DNA of 64,000 bases, taken from assembly GCA_050013255.1 (NCBI GenBank), contig JBEKFP010000002.1, positions 128,001 through 192,000 on the forward strand, given 5' to 3'. The notes beneath the pieces were generated by a model. It saw only the letters and a list, made by a program, of their open reading frames with translations. It searched no databases and was not told the DNA's origin. This document shows, piece by piece, positions 9,679 through 19,559 of this stretch. The stretch is from Candidatus Bathyarchaeia archaeon. Lineage in GTDB: Archaea; Thermoproteota; Bathyarchaeia; 40CM-2-53-6. The position numbers and the translations under genes were made by a program. Numbering within the stretch: position 1 is the stretch's first letter; each line of letters starts with the position of its first letter.

Positions 9679-9793
9679 GGCGCTGAAGAACCGAACCTTA
9701 TACGGTGCGTGAATTATCAGAACTCTGACGTCGCAACCCTCCCAGCAAATGCAGGTCTCTTTCCCTCTTGCACGGCGAGCGCACCAATCAGGT

Positions 9794-10927
9794 TTAAGAT
9801 GACTTTACGGCTTCCCCGTAAACCTCGCTGAGGGCTGGCAACACACTTTCCCACCTAAATCTCCTGTGGACAGTGTCACGAACTTCGCGGCCAAATCGAC
9901 GACACAACTTTCTATCTTCCAGAGCCATCAACAGCCTTTCCGCCAGTTCATCTGGGTCCTTGCATGAATAGTACAAGCCCGCTTCTCCCAGCACTTCCCT
10001 CGTGGAAGGAAGGTCAGAGGCTACAACCGTGTTTCCGGCAGCCATTGCTTCAAGAAGCGCAAGGGGGAGCCCTTCACGCCTCGAAGGAAGTACGTAGACC
10101 AATGATTGCGCGAGCATTCGAGCTACGTCTCTTCTATTTTTCTGGCGGACAAAGGTCACCGAATCCGACAACTTCAGTTCGTGAGCTCTTCGGATTAGCT
10201 TGCCTCTAAGCGGACCGTCCCCTGCTATAATGGTATGAACATGAATTCTCTTTCTAACCTTCGCGAGCGCCTCTAGGAGAACGTCCAGTCCCTTTTCTGG
10301 TACGATTCGTCCGACCCATGCGATGCCCTTTCGTTTGCCTTTCCCAGGTCGGAATAGGGCAGTGTCGACGCCGACCGGCACAATTCGAATGTTCCTGACC
10401 GGAACTCCAAGGTCGCGGACTTCGCGTGCATCCGCTCTAGTCAAGCAAATGACCCGAGTAGAGTTGCGAAGTAACCATGTACCTACGCTCTTCAAATAGA
10501 TGAGTTGTGAGGTGTTGGTCAGCCAATCGCGCAGAGCCATCACTCCGTGTACCGTTGTGATTGCAGGTTTGGCCGAGTCCAACGCCGCCTTCACCGAAAG
10601 GACCGTTGTCCAGAACAACGGTGAATGAGCATCAACCAGATCGCATTTGGAGACGCGCACCGCACCGTAAATAGGCAGGGCGAAAGGGTTTGCCATCCCC
10701 AATGCGTCCCAAGGCATCCAGACATTTTCGTACCGGCTTATCTCGTATCCGGTTTTAGATCTTTCGCGCCTAGGAAGCTTGTCTCTCCGAACAGTCACTA
10801 CTTCAATCTCGTGGCCCAGTCGTGACTGTCGAGACGAAAGCTCGTGGCAGTAGATTGCATGCCCACCCACTACGTCCGGGTAAAGCGCATGCGTGACCCT
10901 GCATATGTTCAATGCTTTCATAATCAT
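9794..10927 (-). CDS. Glycosyltransferase family 4
   Basis: YPDVVGG, TVHG, VGRIVPEKG and VLPSRREGLPLALLEAMAAG. Confidence 0.92.
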   Translation of the reverse strand: MIMKALNICRVTHALYPDVVGGHAIYCHELSSRQSRLGHEIEVVTVRRDKLPRRERSKTGYEISRYENVWMPWDALGMANPFALPIYGAVRVSKCDLVDAHSPLFWTTVLSVKAALDSAKPAITTVHGVMALRDWLTNTSQLIYLKSVGTWLLRNSTRVICLTRADAREVRDLGVPVRNIRIVPVGVDTALFRPGKGKRKGIAWVGRIVPEKGLDVLLEALAKVRKRIHVHTIIAGDGPLRGKLIRRAHELKLSDSVTFVRQKNRRDVARMLAQSLVYVLPSRREGLPLALLEAMAAGNTVVASDLPSTREVLGEAGLYYSCKDPDELAERLLMALEDRKLCRRFGREVRDTVHRRFRWESVLPALSEVYGEAVKSS

Positions 10928-11001
10928 TCGCTTGAAGTACTAAGCAATAGCTCCCGAGCAGTCTTTTTCACCAGATTGCGGCTAGCTTGGAGTCCACCCC
11001 A

Positions 11002-11877
11002 CTATCTGTTTTCCCTAACGACATTGCTGACGGTGAATAAGATGACGGCCATGAACATGAGCAAGAGCCCCGATGTCACGATCGCTTCTGTTAGCAATGC
11101 AACATTCGTAACAGGTTTGCTCTGCGCTGCGTACAATGGGATGATGTACAAACCGTACAGCACTCCACTTAGGGCCGTCACGATGCCCAAGGTTCCGTAA
11201 AACAGCAGCGGGTGTCTAATTGATACAAACTTGATGAGACTGGCCACCACATCAAGGCCGTGATAAAGAGCATTGCGGCCGGAAGGAACGTTAACAGCAG
11301 CTATTGAGACCTCCTTGATTCTGAGTTTTTGTTCTGCAATCTTCATCAATATTTCCACACTAGCGCCCATACCTAGCTCGGCAGGGGAAACGTCCTGAAT
11401 AGCTGTTCGACCATACGCACGAAAGCCGCTTTGCGCATCAGTTATTGCGAGTCCTGATGCAGCGCTAGTGAGGTCTGTGATCGTCTTGATTCCGAACTTT
11501 CTATATCGTCGCATCAGTTGCCGCTCGCTGTGTGAATTGAATCTTGAACCGATAACAACATCTGCCTCTCCCTTCAAGATTGGCTCGGTCAATTTCGGGA
11601 TCTGATCCGCATCATGCTGTCCGTCTGCGTCCAACGTTACCATAACTTCTGGATTCAGTTCGCTGGCGCGTCTGAACAGGCGAGCTAGAGCAGAGCCATA
11701 ACCCCCGGGCTTGGGATTCCTTATAACTTCTGCCCCCATCGCCTCAGAGATTTTCCCGGTCAGATCTGTTGAGCCGTCGTCGCAAACAATTATCTTATCT
11801 ACGTAAGGTTTGGTCTTTGCCAACACTATTGCTATGGTACCTTCTTCATTGCGCGCAGGCAGACAGGCAACAATCAT
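11002..11877 (-). CDS. Glycosyltransferase family 2 (DPM/DPG synthase-like) with C-terminal TM helices
   Basis: PARNEE, DDGSTD, DADGQH, IGSRF and DAQSGFRAY. Confidence 0.92.
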   Translation of the reverse strand: MIVACLPARNEEGTIAIVLAKTKPYVDKIIVCDDGSTDLTGKISEAMGAEVIRNPKPGGYGSALARLFRRASELNPEVMVTLDADGQHDADQIPKLTEPILKGEADVVIGSRFNSHSERQLMRRYRKFGIKTITDLTSAASGLAITDAQSGFRAYGRTAIQDVSPAELGMGASVEILMKIAEQKLRIKEVSIAAVNVPSGRNALYHGLDVVASLIKFVSIRHPLLFYGTLGIVTALSGVLYGLYIIPLYAAQSKPVTNVALLTEAIVTSGLLLMFMAVILFTVSNVVRENR

Positions 11878-11938
11878 GTTGGCAACCCGTAACGAATCAC
11901 TGTTAGCCTAGGCTAAAAGTGATTCCAAATCATTCCAA

Positions 11939-13342
11939 TTAGTGTAACTTGCGGACCGCGCTAAGTATTGCCCACAGCACGGACAAACCGAAAAACGCAG
12001 AAACCGCCACTATGTCCTGAAGGCCGGGTTTTAGGGTCGCCCAAGCCAGGAGATACGCGTAATTGACGGAAATGTAAGCAAACACGATAAGCCCTAGGAA
12101 GAGAGAAACCAGCAGGGGGATTGCTCCGCGTCTCCTCCGGAGCCACGATTCTGAAGACTGATAGACCGTAAGCAGTGGTAGCGAGATTGTGATAAAGATG
12201 ATCGGCGCGAAGGGGACCAAAGCCCGAGGTGTCTCGAGAACGCCGAGTTGGTGGAATAAGCCTAGATAGGGTACTGTAATGGCATAGAGGAACGGGAAAT
12301 ACCAGTTGGTATTCCGCCTCCACATCATAAAGGCACCTGCAAAGAATAGGATGGGCACTATTGGAAAGAGCAGCCAACCCATAGGTGGAATATTTGGAAG
12401 GTAACCAAACAAGTAAGGGTACAACAACATGTCGAGGAATTGAATGATCCACAGCGTACCGGCAGCGCTCGCGGAAAGCAACTGCGAAATTGTGTGATAT
12501 TGAAACAAATATTGCGACATTGTAACATTTAATGTCGGATGGCTGCCTGCTGCTTTTTGGAACTCAACCCAATAATTCCAACTTGCATAGCTAGTTGACT
12601 CCGCAAACGGATCCCCACTCAAACTGAACGAATACCAGGCCCAGCCAGCAGCGGAAATGGCAAATGCAAGCGCGATAAGAAACATCTGCTTCACAGGCAT
12701 TTTCTGCCTACGCATTTTTGAGGAGACAGCGAGGTAAACGAGCAGTGATGGAACAACAAGTAATGCCCCGTCGCTTCTTGTGAAGTAGAGTAACGACGTC
12801 AGAATAGCGGACAAACCTATTCTAACTAAGCCTCTGGATTGCCTTACTAGAGCAAAATAGATCAAACCGAGGAGGAGCAGCGAAAAGAGTTCCTCTCTCA
12901 AGCCTCTGAGAGCGTTGAAAACAACGTAGAAACTTATCGCTAAGAGAAAACTGGATACCAACCCAACCTTAGGTGAGAACGCCTCTTTCGCGACTATGTA
13001 AGTCGCGAGAATCGTCAGAAGTCCGAAAACGAAGGAGGCAACTCTGATTGTGGTGAAACCGGGGCCTAGCAAAGCGATGAAAGGTGCCACGGTAATCGGC
13101 CAGAAAGGAACTCGGGCAGGATTAGCGTATGCCGACAGGCCGTGTGAGAGAATGACTTTGGCATAATACATGTATGTTTGGGCGTCAGGATCTAGTGGAG
13201 ACCACAGCCCCACTCCCCCTCTCGGGCTCGACAGCAGGCGCCATCTCACCAAGACTGCTTCGAGAGCGAAGATGAGACCTAGTACAATCGAGGAAAGCCG
13301 GAGCCGCGGCACATGCGCAAGAGTAGATCCTATGGCCCGCAA
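11939..13342 (-). CDS. Polytopic GT-C fold glycosyltransferase (PMT/ArnT-like), paralog of 7131-8534
   Basis: GLWSPLDPD, RVPFWP, RGLREELFS and SGDPFAEST shared with 7131-8534. Confidence 0.75.
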   Translation of the reverse strand: MRAIGSTLAHVPRLRLSSIVLGLIFALEAVLVRWRLLSSPRGGVGLWSPLDPDAQTYMYYAKVILSHGLSAYANPARVPFWPITVAPFIALLGPGFTTIRVASFVFGLLTILATYIVAKEAFSPKVGLVSSFLLAISFYVVFNALRGLREELFSLLLLGLIYFALVRQSRGLVRIGLSAILTSLLYFTRSDGALLVVPSLLVYLAVSSKMRRQKMPVKQMFLIALAFAISAAGWAWYSFSLSGDPFAESTSYASWNYWVEFQKAAGSHPTLNVTMSQYLFQYHTISQLLSASAAGTLWIIQFLDMLLYPYLFGYLPNIPPMGWLLFPIVPILFFAGAFMMWRRNTNWYFPFLYAITVPYLGLFHQLGVLETPRALVPFAPIIFITISLPLLTVYQSSESWLRRRRGAIPLLVSLFLGLIVFAYISVNYAYLLAWATLKPGLQDIVAVSAFFGLSVLWAILSAVRKLH

Positions 13343-13718
13343 GCATTCACTTTCCGGGCATCAAGAAATCTGCGGGCCCATTATAACACTGCTGATTAGC
13401 CAACAGGGTGACGGAGGTGCAAGGATCACACCGCAAAACAAATAGATGCTGAAGATGCTCTTTCTCCAAGACCACTTCAAGTCCCCTTTGGTTCATGAAC
13501 GATGTTCAGAGAACGGTTTTTGCCAATACGCGGAAACATTGTTTGGGTCATTGAGAAGGAGCCTTAGTGACTAGAATGAAGGCACCATGATTGCTAATGT
13601 CGAATCTATCTCAACGATCTCTCTCATTCTTCTAGTCGAGGTCCCTTCGGCAACTTGAGACGAGGCTTCTCCAGGTAGTAAAGGCGAGTCAGACCGACAA
13701 GAAGCGGATAAGCTTTTT

Positions 13719-14279
13719 TCATTTGATGCACGCATAGAAATTCATATGCATCTTCTGGGATTTTCCGAAGTTGAACCCGGCAGATCTCAAAGCAGATTCG
13801 ACCAATTCATCAGACAGCCATCGATGTGGCCCTTCGGGGAGTTTCAAGTTAAGCTTTTCAAGGAGATCTAGCAGCCATTCGTATTTGCTTCTTGCTACGG
13901 CGAGTAGCAAAACTCCATTCTTTGTTAGAAGTCTGTATGCTTCATCCACGACTTTGAATGATGGTAGATGTTCGAGGACGTCCAGACACAAAGCACTTTC
14001 GAAAGTAGCATCCCTGAACGGAACATGCTCCACATCAGCAACCAAGTAGGAAATGCCTGAATGTCCTGCTTTAATGAAATCTATCGCAAAATCCAAGCCG
14101 ACCTTCACGTCTGCATGCACCCATGACAACGCTAATCCGGAAGCACAGCCCAGGTCAATGACGGAACGCCCGTGATACTTTTGCACCTGACTTTTCATGA
14201 GATCAAGATAGAAACTTTTCTTCTTTGCTTCATAGAATGAAGCGATATTGTTGAAATGAGATCTGACGCCACGTTTCAT
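13719..14279 (-). CDS. Class I SAM-dependent methyltransferase
   Basis: VIDLGCASG, ADVEHVPF and DVLEHL; ATG at 14279 overlaps the epimerase stop (ATGA). Confidence 0.85.
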   Translation of the reverse strand: MKRGVRSHFNNIASFYEAKKKSFYLDLMKSQVQKYHGRSVIDLGCASGLALSWVHADVKVGLDFAIDFIKAGHSGISYLVADVEHVPFRDATFESALCLDVLEHLPSFKVVDEAYRLLTKNGVLLLAVARSKYEWLLDLLEKLNLKLPEGPHRWLSDELVESALRSAGFNFGKSQKMHMNFYACIK

Positions 14280-15298
14280 TGCCAGTTGTTCTTGAGCCAA
14301 TTGATAGTCAGCTCCAAACCTTCCGGCAAATCGATTCTTGGCGCCCATCCGAGAAGCTCCTTGGCTCTCGTAATATCAAGCGCTCTACTGAATGGTCCTT
14401 CGGGTTTCGATTTGTCATATATAACTTGCTTCGGCTTATGGCCGCTGATTTCTAGAATCATGTTAGCAACATCTTTGATCTGATATCGTTTATCCCAACC
14501 AAGATTCACCGGCGTTCCCTCAGAAATCTTCTCACACGCCGAGATCATTCCAGAAACAATGTCAGTTACGTAGGTGAACCCCCTTGACTGATTACCGCTT
14601 CCCCAGATGACATACGGATCATCCTTCCGCAATGCTTTCTCAATCAACATGCTTATCGCGTGTGAAGTGGGAAATTCTCCAGCACCATAAACCGTTAAGA
14701 ATCTGCATGAACTAGTTTTCATTCCGTACTCCTTACTGAAGGCTTGTAAGGTCATTTCGGTCATGATCTTTTGGAAGCCGTATAAGTTGTCACTAGCATT
14801 GTATCTTTCACCAGTGGAGAGAACATCATCTTCTTTCAACAAGTAACCTTCCCTATTCAACGACGGAGGGTAGACGCAGGCTGAACTACTGTATGAAATT
14901 CGCTCCACGCAACCCGCCTCATAGCAGGCTCGAATTGTGTTCTGATCTATTGCGAATCCAATGCTACAATCTGCTTGACGCTTATCAACGAATTCTCTTC
15001 CGCCGAAGACTGCTCCCAACATGAAAACTGTATCAATGTCATTTCTAACCAGGATCTTATGCAACCGATCACGTTCAGCAGCTAGGTCGATGATCTCCAG
15101 TGGGACAGTTGCTTTATGGTTAAGGCAGATTTCATGAAATCGTCCTAATCTTTTCATCCAAACATTCGAAAAGACGTTAGCGGCGATCAGTCGATCTGCA
15201 GCAACAAGGTTAACTCCCCTCTCTAAGAGTGAATCAACCATAACGCTGCCTATGAATCCGGTTGCGCCTGTGACAAGCACGTTGCTCATCTTGCTCAT
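14276..15298 (-). CDS. NAD-dependent epimerase/dehydratase (extended SDR, GDP-mannose 3,5-epimerase-like)
   Basis: VTGATGFIG, SSSACVYP, YGFQK and WGSGNQSRGF. Confidence 0.9.
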   Translation of the reverse strand: MSKMSNVLVTGATGFIGSVMVDSLLERGVNLVAADRLIAANVFSNVWMKRLGRFHEICLNHKATVPLEIIDLAAERDRLHKILVRNDIDTVFMLGAVFGGREFVDKRQADCSIGFAIDQNTIRACYEAGCVERISYSSSACVYPPSLNREGYLLKEDDVLSTGERYNASDNLYGFQKIMTEMTLQAFSKEYGMKTSSCRFLTVYGAGEFPTSHAISMLIEKALRKDDPYVIWGSGNQSRGFTYVTDIVSGMISACEKISEGTPVNLGWDKRYQIKDVANMILEISGHKPKQVIYDKSKPEGPFSRALDITRAKELLGWAPRIDLPEGLELTINWLKNNWQ

Positions 15299-15304
15299 TT
15301 CAGA

Positions 15305-15970
15305 TCACCATAACTCCTTCATTAGAACAGCTACATGATTGAATCCGGTTGACCATGTTTTTGCTTTCACTTCTCCACCGGCACGGGTCCCTTCTACGAT
15401 CGGAATCTGGGCGACTTTCAGTCTCATTTTCGCCGCTCGAATACTCATCAGATACTCGGTTTCATTCCATTCAGACTTCACTTGCATCCTATCCCAAACT
15501 TCCATCTTGAATATTCGAAATCCAAACGTACTATCACTGTAATGAGATCCGAAGAACAAGTTCACTAAAAGCGTTAAGACATGATTGCCTAATCTTCGTA
15601 ATCCATACGGATCATCTGTATCATCGGTCTTTCCGCCTGGTTCGAAACGTGTACCGAAAACCAAATCATAACCGGTTCTGAACGTTTCAATCAACGCGGG
15701 TATGTATGCTGGATCATCATTTCCGTCCGAAGACATTAGCATGACAGAATCATCTCTAACATACTGCATTGCTTCGCGAATTCCATTTCCTCTACCGGGA
15801 ACTGTCTGCTTTACGATTCTGCACGGCCTGTCCTTCAAGAACTCCAGTGTCCCGTCAGTTGAATTATTGTCGACAATTATGATTTCTCTGAATTGATGAA
15901 CTGGAAGACGAGGCCAAACCCATTTCAAGCCTTCAATTTCATTCATGGTTGTGAGGATCAGAGTGACCAT
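15305..15970 (-). CDS. Glycosyltransferase family 2 (DPM1-like)
   Basis: IVDNNSTDGT, GRGNG, SSDGNDDP and FGTRF. Confidence 0.88.
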   Translation of the reverse strand: MVTLILTTMNEIEGLKWVWPRLPVHQFREIIIVDNNSTDGTLEFLKDRPCRIVKQTVPGRGNGIREAMQYVRDDSVMLMSSDGNDDPAYIPALIETFRTGYDLVFGTRFEPGGKTDDTDDPYGLRRLGNHVLTLLVNLFFGSHYSDSTFGFRIFKMEVWDRMQVKSEWNETEYLMSIRAAKMRLKVAQIPIVEGTRAGGEVKAKTWSTGFNHVAVLMKELW

Positions 15971-16349
15971 GCTAGTTCCTCTCCCTCACTTTCGTCTCTC
16001 TTCTTCGCAGCGGGCGCGCCCAAAGGAATTATGATATCGTATTTTAGACTGTCGTCTGCAAGACAAAGTCTGTTGATTGTCTATTCGTCGAGCCGAATCA
16101 AGTATCTTAACAATGTGTTCTCCACAGTGAATTGTTTGCGACACCTCAAATCCCAAAGCCCGGCCCTGGCAGCGGGTCCCCACAAGAATAGCCGCTTTCA
16201 ACGAAGGTTCCTTCGCCTCCGTTCTCTGACCATGAGGCAGTTGACTGTGCCGTAATAAGTCTTTGAAGAGTTGGCGGCCTGGAATCCCAAACCCACTTAT
16301 AGAACGGTTCGGGCTTGCGTGCACAAAGCTTCCAACGGCACGCGCGCAG

Positions 16350-17939
16350 ATGTGGTCGGGGGAATTGTTTCATTTGAAAACTCAAGCGTCAGTTGCTAAG
16401 GGAGCAACTTCCCTCTACGTCGCGAACATTGTCGTGCTCGTCGCCAACACGCTCTATTTTCTCGTATTAACAAACTTCCTCCGTTCGACGCTGGGTGTTG
16501 GAATCGTTACTGCTCTGAACATCATGATCTGGTTTTTGGTTACGGTTTGCATCTTAGCTCAGCCGGTCGCGGTGCAATCCCCTGTCCCGGCACCTTTGGC
16601 GGTCCTCAAGTTCATTCCAGAATTGCTGGCGAAGAGAGCTCGGTCGGGGGCCGGGAAGCTTTTCACGACTTCTCTGGCCTTTTCTGGGGTGATAGGTGGT
16701 GTTATTGCAACTGTTCTCATCGCTGCCCCTGGTCTCATAGTTCCTCTTGTCGGCGGGCAGGCGATCGACCCAAACTACGTCCGGCTCTCGGGCATTGACG
16801 TTCTATTCCTATCGCTGGGGCAGGTCTGCATTGGAGCGCTCATCGCGCTCGGCGAAATGAAGAGCGCAACGCTGTACCTTATTCTTTGGAGTGCCGTACG
16901 GTATACGCTCGCCTCAGTCCTGCTGGTCACTTTCGCAATCTCAGGCGTGCTTGTGGGTTGGATTTTGGGCGACGTGGTGTTGCTCGTTTTCGCCGTCCAA
17001 AAGTCAGTTCGCACGTTGCGTGTGGGGGGCGGAAGGTCAAGCTTTTCCATGTCCGAGCTCGCGCGTTATTCCCTCTACACGCTCCTGAGTGCGCTGATTG
17101 GTTTCGCGGTTAATCAGGCGGATAAGATTTTCACTTTGGCCCGGCAGGGGTTGCCTGAACTTGCGGTTTACAATGTGGCTATTGTTGCTGCGAGTTTCGC
17201 TGGCTTTGCTCCCTACGCTCTGCTTACAGTCCTGCTGCCCGCCCTATCTGCCTTGCACGCGGCGAAGAGGACAGGGCAAATGCGTGCGTTGATACATTCC
17301 TACTCTCGCTATGTGTCAATCGTGGTTCTCCCAGTCGCGTTTGGTTTCGCATCAATCATGGGAGTTGCACTGCGAATCTTCGGCCCCGAATATGTGGCCG
17401 GCCTTGTGCCTTCCGTTATCGTTTCCGTTGCGACTGGGTTAACGGCTGTGGGTGCCGTTTACGCGGGGGCGCTGTTGGCGGCTGGGGAGTTGAAGTGGTT
17501 CACGGGCGCGAACGCAATAGGCCTAGTCGGGCTCGTAGTCGTATCCTACTTCCTGACGCCAATCTTCGGTTTGAGTGGCCCCGCTTTAGGTCGGGCCACG
17601 TTGATGGCGTTAGTGGCTTTGGTTTACGGTTTTGCGTTATGGAGGAGCGGCTTCTTGGAGTTTGACCTACGTGCGTTCCTGTGTGCGGCGGCTGGTTCGG
17701 CCGTCATGGGTGTCGTTGTCTTCTTTGCCTTATCGTTCGCTCATTCCTTCCTAGCGAAACTGGCCATGCTTCCCTTTGTTGTCATCTTTGGGGCGTTTGT
17801 TTACGTGGGTTCTTTGCGCGTCCTCCGGCTTCTCACAGTGGACGACTTGAAGTTCGTACGCGACCTGTTGCCCGCGAGGTTCCATGGGGTTCTTCCGTTG
17901 GCGGCTAGGTTGGCTGGTCTAAGCCGGAAAAGGAAATAG
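16350..17939 (+). CDS. Oligosaccharide flippase (Wzx/MOP family)
   Basis: About 14 TM segments, NQADK...YNVA motif; glycan-locus context. Start uncertain (16263-16374). Confidence 0.8.
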   Translation: MWSGELFHLKTQASVAKGATSLYVANIVVLVANTLYFLVLTNFLRSTLGVGIVTALNIMIWFLVTVCILAQPVAVQSPVPAPLAVLKFIPELLAKRARSGAGKLFTTSLAFSGVIGGVIATVLIAAPGLIVPLVGGQAIDPNYVRLSGIDVLFLSLGQVCIGALIALGEMKSATLYLILWSAVRYTLASVLLVTFAISGVLVGWILGDVVLLVFAVQKSVRTLRVGGGRSSFSMSELARYSLYTLLSALIGFAVNQADKIFTLARQGLPELAVYNVAIVAASFAGFAPYALLTVLLPALSALHAAKRTGQMRALIHSYSRYVSIVVLPVAFGFASIMGVALRIFGPEYVAGLVPSVIVSVATGLTAVGAVYAGALLAAGELKWFTGANAIGLVGLVVVSYFLTPIFGLSGPALGRATLMALVALVYGFALWRSGFLEFDLRAFLCAAAGSAVMGVVVFFALSFAHSFLAKLAMLPFVVIFGAFVYVGSLRVLRLLTVDDLKFVRDLLPARFHGVLPLAARLAGLSRKRK

Positions 17940-18062
17940 TCCGCGTCGAGGCCCTATTCTCCACCGCCATTCTAGATGAGCAACATGTTTTCTTGAGTGC
18001 GGCGGCCGAGTCAGCGCTCATGGGCTTCCTGGTCTTCTACGCCTTGTCGTTTTGGTTGAAGT

Positions 18063-18581
18063 CTAAATGGGAGTCGGTTCTTCGACTTCGATCTCCGTTT
18101 CCTGCTGGATCTCCTGCGCTCTTCCTATGATGTCTTGGTCAAGGGTTACGAAGGTTTTGATGTCGTACCCCCATTTTCGCAGGTTGCTTGCATACGCTAT
18201 ATGCAGTAGGTCAAGTGTCTTCAGTTTGAGCGCGTGTGCAAGGCGGATGCAAGTGAGGTACTCGATGGGTGCCGAAAATGGAATTCCACCGGCTCGGAGT
18301 TTGGCCCTGGCGGGAACTGAGGCAACCTGCAAGTGTGAGTCTCTGATGAGGAATTCGAGGAGTGCGCGGACGCGCCTTCTAGGTGTTTCTCGTAGTAGTT
18401 CATCTGGGGCGCGGAGTGCGGGATCGACCCTTGAAAGAACAGCCATTAATTCCACGAGCGAGATCGGTGAAATCAACTTCCGGATTGCGCTTTGTTCCAG
18501 ATACCCAACAGCCATTTGATGCAATTTATCTTCAGGGAAATACTTGGCCAATATTACGTTGGTGTCGACATACTCCATCAT
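18063..18581 (-). CDS. PIN-domain protein (VapC-like toxin)
   Basis: YVDTNVI, SLVEL, LKTLDLLHIAYA and FVTLD. Confidence 0.85.
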   Translation of the reverse strand: MMEYVDTNVILAKYFPEDKLHQMAVGYLEQSAIRKLISPISLVELMAVLSRVDPALRAPDELLRETPRRRVRALLEFLIRDSHLQVASVPARAKLRAGGIPFSAPIEYLTCIRLAHALKLKTLDLLHIAYASNLRKWGYDIKTFVTLDQDIIGRAQEIQQETEIEVEEPTPI

Positions 18582-18835
18582 TTCCTACCTTCCGAAACAA
18601 TCTCCACGACACTTCTCTTGGAGGCGTAGGAGATAGGATTCTTACCTTGTTTCTTTATGGCCAACAGTTTGTTTACGACGTCAGCTATGTCTTCGTCCTC
18701 ACCCAACTTTTCCTCAAGACCCTCGGCAAGGATTGCTCTGATAGCCTCGTTTCTACTACGATACCGCCCCTGTTTCATTAACAGGTTAAGCCTGCGAACC
18801 TCGTCGTCATTGAGGCGGAGAGGAATAACTGTCAA
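18578..18835 (-). CDS. Ribbon-helix-helix antitoxin / transcriptional regulator
   Basis: VIPLRL...GRYRSRNEAIR RHH signature; 4-bp overlap with the PIN gene. Confidence 0.82.
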   Translation of the reverse strand: MTVIPLRLNDDEVRRLNLLMKQGRYRSRNEAIRAILAEGLEEKLGEDEDIADVVNKLLAIKKQGKNPISYASKRSVVEIVSEGRK

Positions 18836-18844
18836 TATTCATCA

Positions 18845-18863
18845 CGTATACATAATGTATACG
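18845..18863. promoter_or_regulatory. Inverted repeat cgtatacat-a-atgtatacg, candidate toxin-antitoxin operator
   Basis: Perfect 9-bp arms 10 nt upstream of the RHH start codon. Confidence 0.6.
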
Positions 18864-19011
18864 GGTCAATAAAAACGCATCTCGGAATTTTCTGTTGAAT
18901 TCGTGATGATGGAAATCAATTCCGATCCGCAACCCAAGGCTCGCCCAGCAGCGCAAACACGTGAATGCAACATGTCATCTCCCACGAAAACGCCGCAAAA
19001 TCAACCCCGTC

Positions 19012-19045
19012 TGACTCAGAAAACTGAGTCACCCCCCTGGGGGGT
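19012..19045. repeat. Two abutting inverted repeats (tgactcag-aaaa-ctgagtca; acccccc-t-ggggggt)
   Basis: Read directly from the sequence; intergenic. Confidence 0.5.
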
Positions 19046-19160
19046 ACTTGTAAGCGTGCGCGCGACGAAACCAAGGGTGTGGAACACTGGAAATTAGCTG
19101 CATGACCCAAGAGGTCAGGCGGCTACGACAAGAAAAGGCGTGTGATTCCTTCCAATCTTT

Positions 19161-19457
19161 CTACTTGGGTGGGAGTGGTAGCCCTCGGCAGCCCACCTTT
19201 CCGCGCACTCGGCGGTTGAAGTTCGGGCAGGTGAAACATTCAACGAAAGATACGACCTTCAACTTTACTGGGCAGTCGACGGCTTCCTTCTTCATCTTCG
19301 CCAGCATCTTGCCTTTAACCGCCCCTTTGATGGCTTCCAAGTATTCCTTCGGGGTCGGAACCGCCTTGGGCGGAGAGAATATGTCCACTAGGTACTTGTC
19401 ATCCTCACCCAACTGAACCGGCGTCTTATCATCCGCAGGCGGAGTAGGTTCGCTCAT
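19161..19457 (-). CDS. Small hypothetical protein with 4 Cys (putative metal-binding)
   Basis: EAVDCP...VECFTCPNFNRR...VGC; ATG at 19457 preferred. Confidence 0.75.
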   Translation of the reverse strand: MSEPTPPADDKTPVQLGEDDKYLVDIFSPPKAVPTPKEYLEAIKGAVKGKMLAKMKKEAVDCPVKLKVVSFVECFTCPNFNRRVRGKVGCRGLPLPPK

Positions 19458-19559
19458 AAGGGACTCAAGCTTCGGAATGGGCTTCATGCAATTCAATAAA
19501 ACACTTTCGAACAGGTATCAGCTGAATATCCAGCACGTCCATGGTATCGCCAATGCAAC

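Noticed and set aside
15986-16324. ORF containing LKAAILVGTR, reminiscent of a nucleotidyltransferase N-terminus
   Set aside because: Similarity is limited to a few residues; it may be decayed DNA but cannot be supported.
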